DNA of 62,731 bases, the filler included, from Sphacelaria rigidula (taxonomy: Eukaryota): NCBI GenBank assembly GCA_964200075.2. It is 4 parts of 4 records of this genome, joined end to end, with 100 filler letters (N's around TTAATTAATTAA, not from the genome) between each part and the next. Parts side by side here need not be neighbours in the genome. Positions count along the whole stretch, not along the records: positions 47,130 to 62,731 come from CAXNAA020001677.1; 3 more parts are not named here. The stretch is one strand, 5' to 3'. The notes below the pieces were generated by a model. The model was not told the origin of the DNA. It searched no databases and was given only the letters and a program-made list of their open reading frames with translations. This document shows, one piece after another, positions 48,167 through 61,539 of this stretch. The position numbers and the translations under genes are program-made. The first letter of the stretch is position 1; every line of letters starts with the position of its first letter.

Positions 48167-50849
48167 GCTGGACGAAGAATTAGGAGACACCACGGCCGGG
48201 ACTAGCTGAGGAAAGGGACAGGATGTGGTACTGCCTATGACTGCGCTCAGATGACTACCCACCGCCAGAGCCCGTGTCGACTTCTTCCTCGTCGCCCATA
48301 CCCAACAGACTGCTATGTGGCCCTCGATGAGCAACCGATTGAAGTAATATCGGTTCCCGTCGGTCGCGTGTTGCACCCGCATTTTGCATCTCAATAATAG
48401 GCAATGACAAGATTTTGATATTAAACATCAAGATTTCACAAGTTTCTTATAAATTAAATGGTCATGAAGGATGTTGTATTTTCTCTAGATTTCAGTGAAC
48501 GAGTTCAAAATTCTAGCCTGAGCTGCAGTAGGGAAAACATGTATATCAATACAGGTCTACGGGTATGAAAAATCTACATAATAGCGACCGCCACTATAGA
48601 GCCACTCAGCACTTATTGGAACAAAAAGTTACAATTATTCTTCCTTCGATCCGGTTACCATCGACTTTCACAAGTAGACCAGATATCAGGGCGTACTGGA
48701 GAAAATTCTTCACGAACACATTGACACTCGATTGCTACCGTCAGTGGAGAGAAAATACGAGCAAGGGTACCTCTTTGAGAGCATCAACTACTCGTCGTGC
48801 CGGTGCAGACACAACTGCTTTGGTCGCTCTAATTCGAAGTAACATCAGGGGAGGATCAGGTTGAAGTTTGCTGTACTGGGACCATGAACGACACGAGACC
48901 GCCACAGGCGACCATGGATGCGGATTTATCGATTCATGCGGGGGCTTCCCCGCAACTGTGAGTGCCCATATAATAGTTTAGGGCAGTTGGTGCAGGGTTG
49001 GTCAGATATCGAATGCGGCTTCCGAACACAAAGTAGGATATGTTCTACACTACAAAGTCGCGCTGCAGTACCGGGGATAGCGCATAGTCAGTCCCTGTAA
49101 TTACAGCGTTACAGCAGCGTTCTTCTAGAACACGTTGAGCGACATGCATCGCGCAGTACGTTGCAGCTCCTATGAAGGGACGTCGTATGGTTCCCATTAG
49201 TAGCTGCCTGGTAGCCCATGGTATGATTCAAGCATTTGAGGTAGACACCCTGCCGAGAACTCAGGAGTTGGGTTCCGTTCCTCTCGATTCATGATTCGCG
49301 GAGAATAGATCGTGCGGAGTTACTGTTATGACGATTGACGATTGTGTACGTCATCCCGACAACGATCAACGCTTATACATGTAAAATACAAACGGCTCTC
49401 TGTATGATGGAGGGTGTTTCGTGTGCAGTATGTCAACCATCTTGTCGATTATCATCCTCGAGCGGAGACTCAGCGGCCATCATTGTTTTGAATCCGCGCT
49501 CACATCCCGGCTCTCACTCTCCAGGATATCACCCCAAATAACACCGCAGTGACACATCCGAAGCATACATGGTTGACGCAGACCGGAACATGCAACCCCA
49601 TGTAGCCTTCGACCAAGAGCCAGTTTGCCAATTTTCATTTTCTAAAAACTCCTGTGTTGGTCTTCCTCCTGTGTAAACTTTTCTTCTGTGTGAACTTTCC
49701 TCCTGTGTGACCCCGGCCGATGCGCCCACATATACCGAAAGGTGCGGCCTGTGTCTGTGTGTTATTATCCCATCTGTTGTAGACGCCAGTCTACACCTCT
49801 CGGTATGGCACTACCCCCATACATGGGGGTATTTTTTTGCAGTGAAATGTGAAACTCAACGAGAGGTCCTTCAGTAGGGAATCGTCCTTGAGTAGGGAAT
49901 CGGCAGAATCTACTCTACGAGTAGCGCCAATGAAATGCGACCTTTGCAGTAAATCATGTATCATACTGTAGTGAAAAATGCTTGTGATTGGCTCACAGGC
50001 GTGAGTCAAAGCTGCAGTGTACACGCACTACCGTACACGATCGCGCCGCGCCGGATAGAGCAGCAGCAGAAAAACGAAGCAGCAAGCAGCCAGCGAGTGG
50101 TACATTGCCGCCGCGGGGTCATTGCGATGCTCGTGTATCGGTATACCCCCATCTCAGTATGGCTGGTTGCGTCTCTCCATGGCTGCGAGCCCTGGCGCCG
50201 ATGCCGGCAGCAGCGGCTCCATGCTGCCGGGTGCAATCAGTACACTAGCGGTGTAGTATTTCCGCACTGTGCTGTGAGTTGCTCCTTTCATCGGAGCACG
50301 GGGTCTGGCCCAGCCGGTCGAGCGGTGTATACCGGCGCTGGTTGTGCGTCTTTACCCAGCCATGCTTGGTATCGCGCAAATGATGGGTCGGGGCAGCGCC
50401 TTGTTCATTTTACGGAAGACGAAACAGTCAACACACCAAAACTGTGTGAATAACGTTGTGTTCCGACTGATGCTTCTCTCTACAGAGACGAACACAAGAA
50501 TACAACAGTACCTCTGGCAATCCCGACCAAACCGTCTTCGCTAGATCTCAACACACCACAGAGCAGTGATGGCTACAGCACATGAGATGGGGTGTGAGTC
50601 TTTGTGCTGCAATACAGTGACACAGGACGTGTCCCGTGTTTAAATTATTTGACTGATTTCAAACGGGTCCTCAGTTTTGCCGGGTGCCGGTCTTGAACGC
50701 TCGGCCATAATCACGCTTCGCGCAAATGATTTAGATAAATACAAAATCATGCCCCATGTATGGGTCCTGTGCCTACGGCATATGTGGGGGAAGAAAGCCA
50801 GCACAGGATTTTGTTTTTGGTACTCCTTCCTTCTGCGGTGCTTTCCTTA

Positions 50850-51183
50850 TTTTCATCGCGAGAGGGGTTCAGCGGTCCCTTCCCCTCGTCGACCGTTAAG
50901 TCGGATTGATGTGTACCAATGATATAGTCGATCTACACTGTCAGGCATGACGTGAGGAAAAATCCCAGATCTTGTGACTACACCGAGATTCGAACCCACA
51001 ACCCAACCGTCAGAGGGTTTCGTTTGGGTTTCGGATTGATCTGTACCTATGATATTGTCGCTCTCCACTGTTGAGCATGACGTGAGATAAAATCCCAGAT
51101 CGTGTGGCTGCACCGAGATTCGAACCAACTACCCAACCGTCAGAGGGTTTCGCGAGGTTACTAACTGAGTCACCAGGACGACC
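50850..51183 (-). mobile_element. tRNA-derived SINE 5' region with a duplicated B-box segment
   Basis: On the minus strand there is an A-box-like TGGTGACTCAGTTAG, and the B-box GGTTCGAATCTC occurs twice (around 50990 and 51120). Confidence 0.6.
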
Positions 51184-54031
51184 GGCTTATTGGCGGCCAG
51201 AATTGATAGAATGAGGACGTGTCCTGGCACTTTTTTTTTCGATCGAAAAAGTGCGGTCGTTTTTTTTTGGCCGATCTCATAGGTCCACCGTATTTATGTT
51301 CCTTGAAGACTTCAACTCAAAATTATAATTAGCGGTGCGCGGAGAAGAATGCAACGAGCAAAAAAACAATCGTTTTCGATCGAAAACATGCGGTTGACAG
51401 GCACGAAGCGGCACTTGACTCCTATCTTACAGACCACCACGCCAAATAATACCTGTTCACAGGACCATGCAAACTCCATCCAACTTATTCTCAGCTACCA
51501 CCGCAACCCTGCAGCATACAGCACGAGTTGAGCACAGGGATAAATACACTTTGGTCGTTGGGTGTGCTTTGTTTATTTTTTGTTGGCGAAAACTTGCGCA
51601 TCTCCTCTCATGGTAGGTATCAGGGACGGAACTGCGTGGTACGGTGGGCAACCGAGTTGCGTGCACGCTCATGGACAATGCAGGCAGTACAAAGCTGCAC
51701 GTTGCTGAAGTTCTTTTCACGTCGCATTGCAAGGAGAGAGAACTGACAGTCCTGGGCTGTCTGCACTGCACGTTGTCTGCTCCTCCTTTGTATCCTCCTG
51801 GACGAAACACACACACGCACTCGAGACACCCTACTTGCAAGCAGTGCAACAGTACAGACTGCCTGTACTACTGTACACGAGTGACCATGTACCGTTTCAC
51901 GAATTTTACTGTTTTTTTCGATCGAATGCTTGAAAATCCATCCGGACCCAACTGCATCAAAACGATAAATTTTCGCTTAGATCGATTCCACCGCCTCATT
52001 TTTTCGATCGAAAAGAAAAATGCTGAGACAGGCCCTGACACACACACGCAATAGTAGTGTACTGTGTATAGCATTGTAGCGGTAGGCGACGGATGAAAAA
52101 GGAAGGAAATCCGGCTGCACATCGTAAAGTCGCACGAGGCGCATGATGACTTGACAGTAGAGTGTACCCCAGTTTGCCTCCTTTTTGGCCAAGAAAATCA
52201 ATGTTCGCTTGTGTAAATTGCGAGCGCCTCGCAACGTCAGGGTTCGACACTGGGTGTGCACAGACTACGCTCTAGAACCGACCTTTCGTGTGCCACTGGC
52301 CAGCGCCATCCGGGCCGCATATGCGTCTGTGTTCATACTTGCAACTTGCAGCGCCTGACATAACGCAACACGACTTTCTCAAATCTTGTATTGCTTTTAT
52401 CGTCTACTCCCGTTTTGTCAGGGAGACTGCGCTTGGCGAAAGTGAAAACCCCGCGCCCGAACGGGTTCCACCCCCGTCTCCTAGACGACGGAAAATATCG
52501 GAGGACCTCCAGCACACACCGTCGCCGCACAAAGCGGGAGTGCAGCGCAACATTTGCATGCCCAAGCCCATAAAACTGTGATGAGGAGTATGTTTCTGGG
52601 CGTTTTTTCTCTCCAAGCGAATGAAGTGTCGAGCGCATTTGTAAATATTGTATGCATGTAGTTAGTACTCCGCAATAGGATTATTCTGGTGGTTGTTTCG
52701 CCCCTGTCATGACGATCTGTTGCGTGGCTTCCGTGCGGCACCGGAAGCACAGCCTTTTCGTTAGCGGCGTTGAAGTGGTGCAGCAGTCGCAGCACCTGGG
52801 ACTGTGTCCGTTTCTTTTTTTTTTGTACAGATGTTGCAGCCGATTAGGTTTTGGTACGAATGTTACATAAAAGAGGGTGACTGGTATGAGGGAGAAGGTA
52901 CACCCATTGGCGGGTGAAAGTTCGGAAATTATTTGTACGATGTGGAATCTGTCCTTTGAGAAGGAATTTCTCCCGAAGTTCCTTCATTTTTGCGTTTTTG
53001 GAATCACTTTTGCTGAAGTACTACGAATGTGACTGCTATTGAGAGTAGTTTGGGCACGGCGTTAATGTTTGAATAGACAGTTGAAGGACAGATCCGGGTT
53101 GATCCTAGTTGCATGTAGTAGCACAGGGCGGCAAAAAACCTTACACGGTAACCACATATACTCACCGTAGGGAAAATGGTTAGTCACGAGCTTCGTTTGA
53201 CTTGCCTCGCAGGTTAGAGTATAACAATGAAACTTGAACAGAAAGATGTCTACATTTTGATTGGGTCAGAGAAGGTTGTATGGTACCCGTAGTGCTCTTG
53301 CTGATCCAGGTCGACCATCGACCGCGGTTCTCGGCCCAAGGGAAATTTCTCCTTCAACCCCGCCATGACGAGGGTGTTGAAGTGTGTTCATGTATGCCAC
53401 TGCGCACTTCGGCGACTTGCTGAACAAACCGAACCTCCTGCAGCACAGGTTCCTGAAAATGTCGCTGGCGAAGAGTCGAGGGTATAATGCACAGTGATGA
53501 TAGCAGCCTAGTTTTGCCGCTGTTTTGCGAGTAAGACGTGGCCAGCCAAATTGTGAAAGCACTGCATGCGTCGTCAGGTAGTCACTACACACCAATGCAC
53601 ATGAATCTTCACATTTGCTCGCGTTCGCTGGTGACTTCCCCATCAATTGGCAATGTCAAGTACTCCACACCCTGATCGCCACGGCAGGGTATCATCCTCG
53701 CCGGGAAGATGTTTTACAGAAGCTAGAATGGAATGCTAACACGCATAGCAGAGCGTTGCGCAAGAAGGTTCCTGTTTGTCAAACCCGTTGCTCATATACA
53801 ACTGATCGTGAGGTTCGACTCCCTGCCCTCAGTCCAGCGATCCCGACGTCCCCAAGGGGTCAGCTACCCTTGCCAAAACTCTCATACCTCAGCACACTTG
53901 GTCAAGGTTCGTTCAGGAAATTTACTGCAGGCGACCTTGCTGAACGCGCACCGCGGCTTGGGAGAATGAGGTCACTCTCAAACATACGAGAGTAGGGGTC
54001 TCACGAACGAGGCCCTCTTTTCGTTTTTTTC

Positions 54032-55375
54032 CAGGGAGGGATACGTGACACGTGACGTGAACGTGACGTTCTGGGCATCACGTCACGTTCACGTCAAATT
54101 TTCTCAACGTGATTAACGTCACGTTCACGTCACGTTAAATTTCCAGATGGCACGTTCACGTCACGTTAAATTGCCCAAACGTTCATATCACGTATTATGT
54201 AACTTTTCATGTCACGTGTCCATATACGTGAAACGTGACATGAAACGTCACATATTACGTTACACGTCACATAATACGTCATACACATGTTACATGAAGC
54301 GGTGAACACTTCAACTCTGCAATAAAATTTGAAATCCTAGAAGATTGAAGATTGTGCTTCAAGATACACGTGTGAGTTTGAATGACCACGGTATAAAACA
54401 TACTCTGGCGGCAAGTTCGCGCTCTGCCGCTCTGCCCCACAGCTGACATTACAAGTCATCATCGCAGCACAGCACCACAACATCATAATCATCTCGACCA
54501 TATTTATATCAAGATATCAAGGGACCAGGTGTAATATACTCGTTCACGTGCACGAGTACACGAGATGGATTCAAGGGGGAATTCGGCGGGTCAACAGCCA
54601 GGGGGTGCCGCAGCCTCCAGTCAGTCTCGGCCNNNNNNNNNNAGCATCTACCGCAACGGCTGGTTTCGTGGCGGTTTGATCTGATGGGAAAGTGGAAAAT
54701 CCATCAGTCCGTGTACAGTGAAACAAAAGCTTGTCAAGCCAGAGAAATGTGTAGATTGCATGGCGGAGTAAACTTGTCATACAGGTGTAGAACCGAGGGT
54801 ACTGACGTAGTTCTGTCTGGGAAATGCCAGAAAGACTCAAGCCGGCGTTCAATCTCGTCCGCGAACTATTGTATGTACAGTATGTAATGTCGTGCGAATG
54901 ACGAAGCATTCGAATCTTGAAAACTTGAAATGAGACAGTGAAAAGACAGGGAAACTTATTCGGTCAAGGATGAATGCGTGATACACTGCAGAGAAAGAAG
55001 CGTTGTACACTCAAATAATGCGCCTACGATCAAACATACGATAGGCGACCGTCGGTGCCACGCACACGGTGACTTCAAGCGTTACACGACACGTCAAAAT
55101 ACTTCCAACCCTGGTGTGAGCCGCGATATGCATAGAATGAAACGTTAAATTCGAACGTGACACGTGACAATGTCACGTTACATCATACGTGACATGTGAC
55201 GAAACGTCACGTTAATTTTTCTCAACGTGATTAACGTCACGTTAAACTTCCAGATGGCACGTTCACGTCACGTTACATTCTCCGAACGTGACACGCGTCA
55301 CGTGTCACGTCACGTTAAATTTGACGAACGTGATTCACGTCACGTTCACGTTCACGTGTCACGTATCCCTCCCTG
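54032..55375. mobile_element. hAT-like non-autonomous element with ACGT-rich subterminal repeats
   Basis: TIR CAGGGAGGGATACGTGACACGTGA / TCACGTGTCACGTATCCCTCCCTG. Flanks are GTTTTTTTC and GTTTTTTC (8-bp TSD with a one-T slip). Dense CACGT(T/C)/ACGTG arrays cover ~250 bp at each end. Confidence 0.8.
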
Positions 55376-55749
55376 GTTTTTTCGATTTTTCCGATAAATT
55401 GGATTTTTTTCTCAACTTTTTTGAAGAAAATTGCTGGGGGGAAAAAACACGCTATATTTTCAGAGAACTTTTCAGGCCGTCTTGAACTGATCTATTGCCT
55501 GATCTGGTTCAGAAATCTGCTCTCATATTGTTCGGACATTTCCCCCTCCCTACGATAAACATCCGGAGGCTCGGGGGGGGGGGGGGGCAGCCCCCGTGAG
55601 ATCACCCCCACACCCCAAAAGGGCACAAAACCTTTAGACAAACAACACCTTGATGAGACCCTCAACTCCATAAGAGACAGAAATCCTTTGAGCAAACACA
55701 GCACTAAATTACAGCGAAACCACGGGTTCACCAAGCACCGAGGCGTAAC

Positions 55750-58700
55750 ACGTGGTTGAGGGCAGGCACGGCTGCCAGCAACGAGACTACTTCTCAAACA
55801 CTTGCCACAACAACATCGCCGCCGTTGCCAACATACCGGACGGCATTTTTGACCATTTTGATGCGTTTCTTGTTTCAACTCTCCGCATTTTACAGTGGCA
55901 CCGCTCTTCAATGTCAACGTCGGTTGAGATCCCTCTCTCTCTCCCTCTCCCTCTTGACAACCTTGCTTTTCTTGCCGTATTTGAATTTGAACTGCGAGGG
56001 ACCTCCGTCTGCCCCCTTGCCTCCCTCCTGCCATGTGAGCCAAATAAACAACGGGTGGGAAAGCATGAGAGAATTTCAAATGGTCACAGTTCGAGGTCTG
56101 CCATCTGTCGCGGCAAACAGAGGTAGGAAGATTGGATGTGACGATGTGGGCCGCAGGCCTGCGCCAATGCGAATATTCTGCACAGTACGTACAGCGCGTG
56201 CTCTGCTTGAACACGTCAAGCATGCAGCAACTGGGACGGATCCATTTGATTCCCATGACGAAGCAAGACAGACACGACCTGAGAACCTTGCTCGTGACGA
56301 ATTGATCACTTAACAAAAGGGCATCTCCCAGTGATTTTCTATCGCACTGTTGCACCTCTGTAGCGTACTACACGCAGCAGGGAGTAGAGCCTTTGCGCAC
56401 GCTAACATCATCGCTATCTACTGATGTGCTATACGAAAGCTGACGCCTTTCAAAGCAGTATCCATACTGAGTAGAGAGTAGAACACGAAGCAGATTGCTT
56501 GCGAGCGAGCAAAACGTTGAATTCACGAGATTCGTCGAAGCCATGTACATGTCCCCGAAGTAAAAGTCTTCCTCCCTCCCCCCGACCGCCACACGACCGG
56601 GGATGGTTGTGTCGGGGAAAGCTAAGCCCATCGACGACACAACCGACAAGTAGGTTAGAGTAACTTGACCTAATGACTAGCTTGTGCTTCGTGTCAGTGG
56701 CGATGCAACACAGTCTAGGGCAGCGGGTCATACAGACTGCTGGCGTCGAGGCTCAATTCTGCAGCTTCGGACTTCTACCCTGAACTGGGAACCAAATTGG
56801 ATTCCGCTGCTGCAGCATTTCCCCCCGCGTTGGGTCACCGTCGCGGAAAGCACGTTGATGGAGATGAGGCACGTGTGAGTAAGTACCAGATTCGACGGAT
56901 TGGAGATAGCGCTCGACGCGGGCTGGGAAGGCTGCACCCTCCCCGCAAGACCAGAAGGCGAGGTAAGCACCATGACAGACGTGCCACAAAAATTCGGAGT
57001 GCAACAACCAATCGATAAAGCCCACTCCATTCGCAACACCCAACAGCAAATGCTCTCACGACCGCCCTCACCTCCTCGCCTCTGCTCATTGCCAACGCCA
57101 AGTCTACGCTGATGTTTCCCTGCAGCAATTGAACTAGCAAATCTTTGTTGTAGAAAACGCCGTCGTTAAGATCCAAGAGGCTGTAGGCATAGTCTCCCTT
57201 AGCCTGACAGAGCATGGGCAAAGGGTGCGGACGTGTGAATTCCCACACCAAGCCTCAGGTGACACTTTTGTCTAGAACACACCTGGCCTGTAAATCATAC
57301 ACTATGATACAGATTGAAGAGTCGGAAAAACCAGCGTCTGTGTACTGCAGTCACCCTGGACTTTGTTGGGCGAAACAGGAGCACGACGCGCTGTCTGGCA
57401 TGACATGGCGAACCAACAAGAGCAATATTGCGACGTGCCAACCTAAATCAGGAGCATCTCGATATCGTCGAACTACAACAACAGCCTCCATTCCAAAGCA
57501 GCATCGTAACGATATGGTGCATAAAAATGGCAATTGGGGAGTCCACCTCATCAACTCGGAGCTCGAGCGCGCGAAGGCGACTCGCCGACTCACCTTGAAC
57601 GGCATGTACATATGCTTCCCTTCCCTGAACACGATCGTCGTAGTGCCAACTTTGACGTTCCTTGGCACCTTTTCTCTCTGCGTGTAACGGAGAGGCGGGT
57701 TTCTGAACTGAGTATTCGATGTTGCGAAGCAGCCTCGTGAACGATACGGGACACAGGACTAGCAACTGGGGAGTCCACCTGGCTGGGAGCTCAACCATAC
57801 CAAAGCGTATCTCCGGGTGACTTTGACCGGCATGCACATATGCTGTACTTTCTTCAAGAGAAAAGTTGCAGTGCCAACTGGCATAAGTAGCGTCGTTCGT
57901 GCAATTGGATGTGAAACTGGGTCACTGGGAGCCGACAGGAGCAACAAGCACGGTGCTCATTTCATGCTTGGAACATTGGTATCAGGCAGAGAACTTTTCG
58001 ATCTTGCCGACATCCATTGTACACAACCTTCGCTATCATACTCGCATATATACTGTACTAGCAATTTTAAGCGCTTGCAGCACATCACTTACAGAAGAGA
58101 AGCTGTGTGTGGAGACGGATAATGAGTGTGAGTCCGGGTGGTAAAATATCCTCCCGACGAGTTTCTGTGAAAAACGCACGAGCGAACGGGCGGGGCGGAC
58201 AAAAGCACATTGATTTGATTGATTTGACTGAATGTCGCACTTTAACTGACCCCCCAGGGGTCCAGCCGTGGTCTCATGGTAGACGTACCCAAGAGAAACG
58301 AAACTGAAACACGCTCTGAGAAAAAGAAGGAAGAGAAAAAAAAAGGGGGTCGAACAGAACGACATGCGAAGTCAGAAGTTTTTTGGTAACATTCTCCGCC
58401 ATGAACGGCGCGTTAAGCACACTCAGGCCTTCACCCGGTATGCCAAGATGAGAATAATCGGGGCAGACTTCTCTCGATCATTTTTTTCTTCATTTTTTTT
58501 TCCCTTCAAAGCAAATAAAAAAAAGCTTCCGCTGCTTCCTCTCGCATAGAGTTTCGCAAAGCTTTGCTGTAAGCTTTTCGCCGAAACGTGAATACGCTCG
58601 GGAAAACAAAAACAAAAACGTGTTTAATAATATCACAGTTTTCATATCGAGTAAAGGTCTAACATCCTGCCTAGTCTACACGCCAGCCTTCACCATAGCG

Positions 58701-60060
58701 GAACCTGGAGATGAGATAAAATCAACATTTATCCAATCGAGGATATTGCCAGTTCCCGAATTCCAACCACAAGCGAACAACAAACTCGAACGACCTTGAA
58801 AATTTAATACAATGATGCAGCTGGAGTGACCTACAACATCGCTCGCTTCGAATTTCAAGACGAACGCTGATCGAAACACATGCGGCACTATTGAAAGGCT
58901 CCACGATGCTGAAGCACCATGTCGAGAGTCAACAAACGACAAAAAGATCAGCGAATTTAGAATATTATCAGACTTACATCGGCAAACACGTAAGAGCTTG
59001 TCATCAGCAGTCCCGTCATGCCGATGCCAAGCACACTGCGCGATGAGTTCAGACAAAAACGCTCCAACAGGTCAGGGCGACGCAAGATAAGAGCTTGGTG
59101 CTTGTAGGCAGAGATCATCCTGCTGTGCATACTTGAGCGGAAATCTTTCAACTCCGTGAAAGCAGTGGGGATAAAGATTACACGAAAGCTGGGTACGTCA
59201 AGAGCGTTCGCTCGTACATAGCAAAACAAAAGAAGGGGCGCTCCAAAATCACCTTCAACTGTGGCAATTCACGGTGGACGTTCTCGAGACGGCGCAAAAA
59301 GGTGACACCGCTATTGCAAGCCTCTTCGTGACAGGAGTGTCTTCTTGGGAGAGTTTTTGGTTCCCTTCTAAATAATGCGGCGTTAGCCCTCATATACAGG
59401 CGACTCTGTGCGCTCAGCGCTCAACCAGCATACACGTACAGGAGCGTCAGCCACAACACAGACCCAGTTCAAGTCTCCTAGAAAACATTATGGTTGGTAT
59501 AAAACTAGAACCAAGATGCTCACGGCTCGAAAACTGCATGTTGCCTCTGGGCGTCCAGACCTTGGCACCAGCTAACGTGCAAAAACCGATACCTATTGCT
59601 CCCCAGCAGCACTTGTAGCCTGAGCAGCAATCAGCCAAACCCACAGCAATCAATATCTTGCTCGGACCATATGGACACTCACCCCCATGGCTCACTCTCG
59701 AGTCCCGGAGTCCCCTTCAAGGATTCCATGAAGCTCAAGTACGTTGTCCAGTAGACACCGGAAACTACAGAGACGACGCTTGAAATCCGCATGAGCTTCT
59801 GGACGGAGTAAGGCGAAAAACAAAAGCGGTCGCATGTGCTGGCACGGGTGAGACCCCCGGAATAACATTCGTGTCACGGCGGGCTCGCTCGTGTACGTTA
59901 ACCTTGCGGGGACATAATTTAAGTTTGCAGTGCGACACGCTCAGTTGCAATAGTGACTGGGGACATTGTGAATAGACAACGGCTAAAATGATCAAGCGAA
60001 ATACGATCAAGGTTTTCATTTTTGCCTCCCGTTGCTTCGGTGAGCTGGGAACGGCAGACA
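55750..60060 (-). pseudogene. Decayed Cys/His-rich coding relic, possibly a KDZ (Kyakuja-Dileera-Zisupton)-type transposase
   Basis: Frame-shifted minus-strand fragments: SWIM-like ..PCQHM, C-rich ..AKVWTPRG, CQAKGDYAYSLLDLNDGVFYNKDLL, CPRLCC..CVVDG and FKYGKKSK, plus an internal tandem duplication. The family call is by eye only. Confidence 0.3.
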
Positions 60061-61539
60061 CTCGACTACCTTGTCAACTTATTTGCACATCTTGTGCTCA
60101 TGTATTTGTATACATGGGCATGTGGGGCACGGCCGAATTTTTGTCAAACACGGGTTTCTTGGCATGTATGATCCTGTGCCTTGACACTAGGCTATCAGGG
60201 TATGGGGTGTGAGAATCCAAATATGAGTGTATGTATGTACGTATGTACGTAACGCTCTCGTTCATCACATGTTCATGACGGAGGATGGCTGTACGAACTT
60301 GCCTTGCATGTATGTGCCGTCCATGGGTGTGTTGTTTCTAGGTGTTGATTGATTGATTGTCGCACTTTAACTGGTGTGTAACTGTAGAAACTGGGTGAGA
60401 CGAGGTAGCATCTACTGTCCCATACCGTCTGCTGCAGCACTGTCTTTTTGTCGCTTTATTAGTTTGGTTTGAATACAAAATAGAACCTGAGGGTGGTAAC
60501 GCCGTGCCTGATAAAAGTGAGACGTGAGCGTACAGCAGCCGCGGAGGCAAGCGGCAATAACTCAGTACTACAGTGTGTCCCTCAAAATAAAAAACGCGTT
60601 CGTTCTCCATTTATGTTGTCACACTAACTCCTTACCCACGGCTCCCTTGGCTCCTTCACCAATAGACGGCGGGAGTAAATGTTGAATCAGCATCACTTTC
60701 ACTTGAAAAAAGAATTCATGATCCAGATGGACAACGCCCGCCGTCTAGGGATTAATGCCATTACCCGCCAGATATTTGTATGCTATATTAACATCCCTTC
60801 CCATCCCTCGCCATCCTCTTGCAAAATGTAGGAATCCGTTTGCTGCTGCAGTCAGTGTGCATTTTGCAAGTGAATAGAAACGATCCTAAGCCACTTATGC
60901 TCCTGTGCCACCGTCATCTCAGCTATGTCAGCCTCTCATCCACTCCCCTTCTCATGGTTGCATGCTGTAGTATGCCCACTAACACCAGTCTTCTCGTGTT
61001 CCCGAGGGAGGGTTGTGCAGTGTCTATAGTAACAACGAGCCAGGCTGGTTTAACCTTGAAATCGGGGTTTCAACTCCAGCATAGCCTGACGAAAAGCCTC
61101 GGAATTTGTTCAGCAGATGATTTCATCTTCGTCAACACAGCAATCTATTTCACTTGGAGCAAGGTCGTGTTTTTACCTGTTGCCAAAAAAGACGAGTTTC
61201 TGAGTGACTGCAAAAACAAATCTGGCTATCCGGTGATAGGTGGATCCAGAAAGTTTTCACACGTCGGACAGAACATCTGCCTAAAAGTTACTTCCCTCTC
61301 AGTATACTGATCCAGATCATGATCCACATCATTTGACCCCCCTTTTCCATGTTTGCTCCCCACAGCGTCGGACACCGAGCGCGCCGACTAGCGTAAAGGT
61401 TGAGATTTGCCTTTCCTGACTCCGAGGTCACATATTCTGTGTTTATGGACCAACGGATCCGAAAATCTTCAATGATTACTTATTTCAGACGAATCATGAT
61501 CTGTCGGACGTGTGAAAGTTTTCACACGTAAGACAGCTC

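Noticed and set aside
49200-49290. tRNA-Pro-like GGTATGATTC segment
   Set aside because: No convincing acceptor stem or T-arm; at most a SINE relic.
55492-56355. 287-aa ORF as an intact gene
   Set aside because: The frame reads through a GA microsatellite and a poly-C tract with unnatural composition; better explained as part of the decayed relic.
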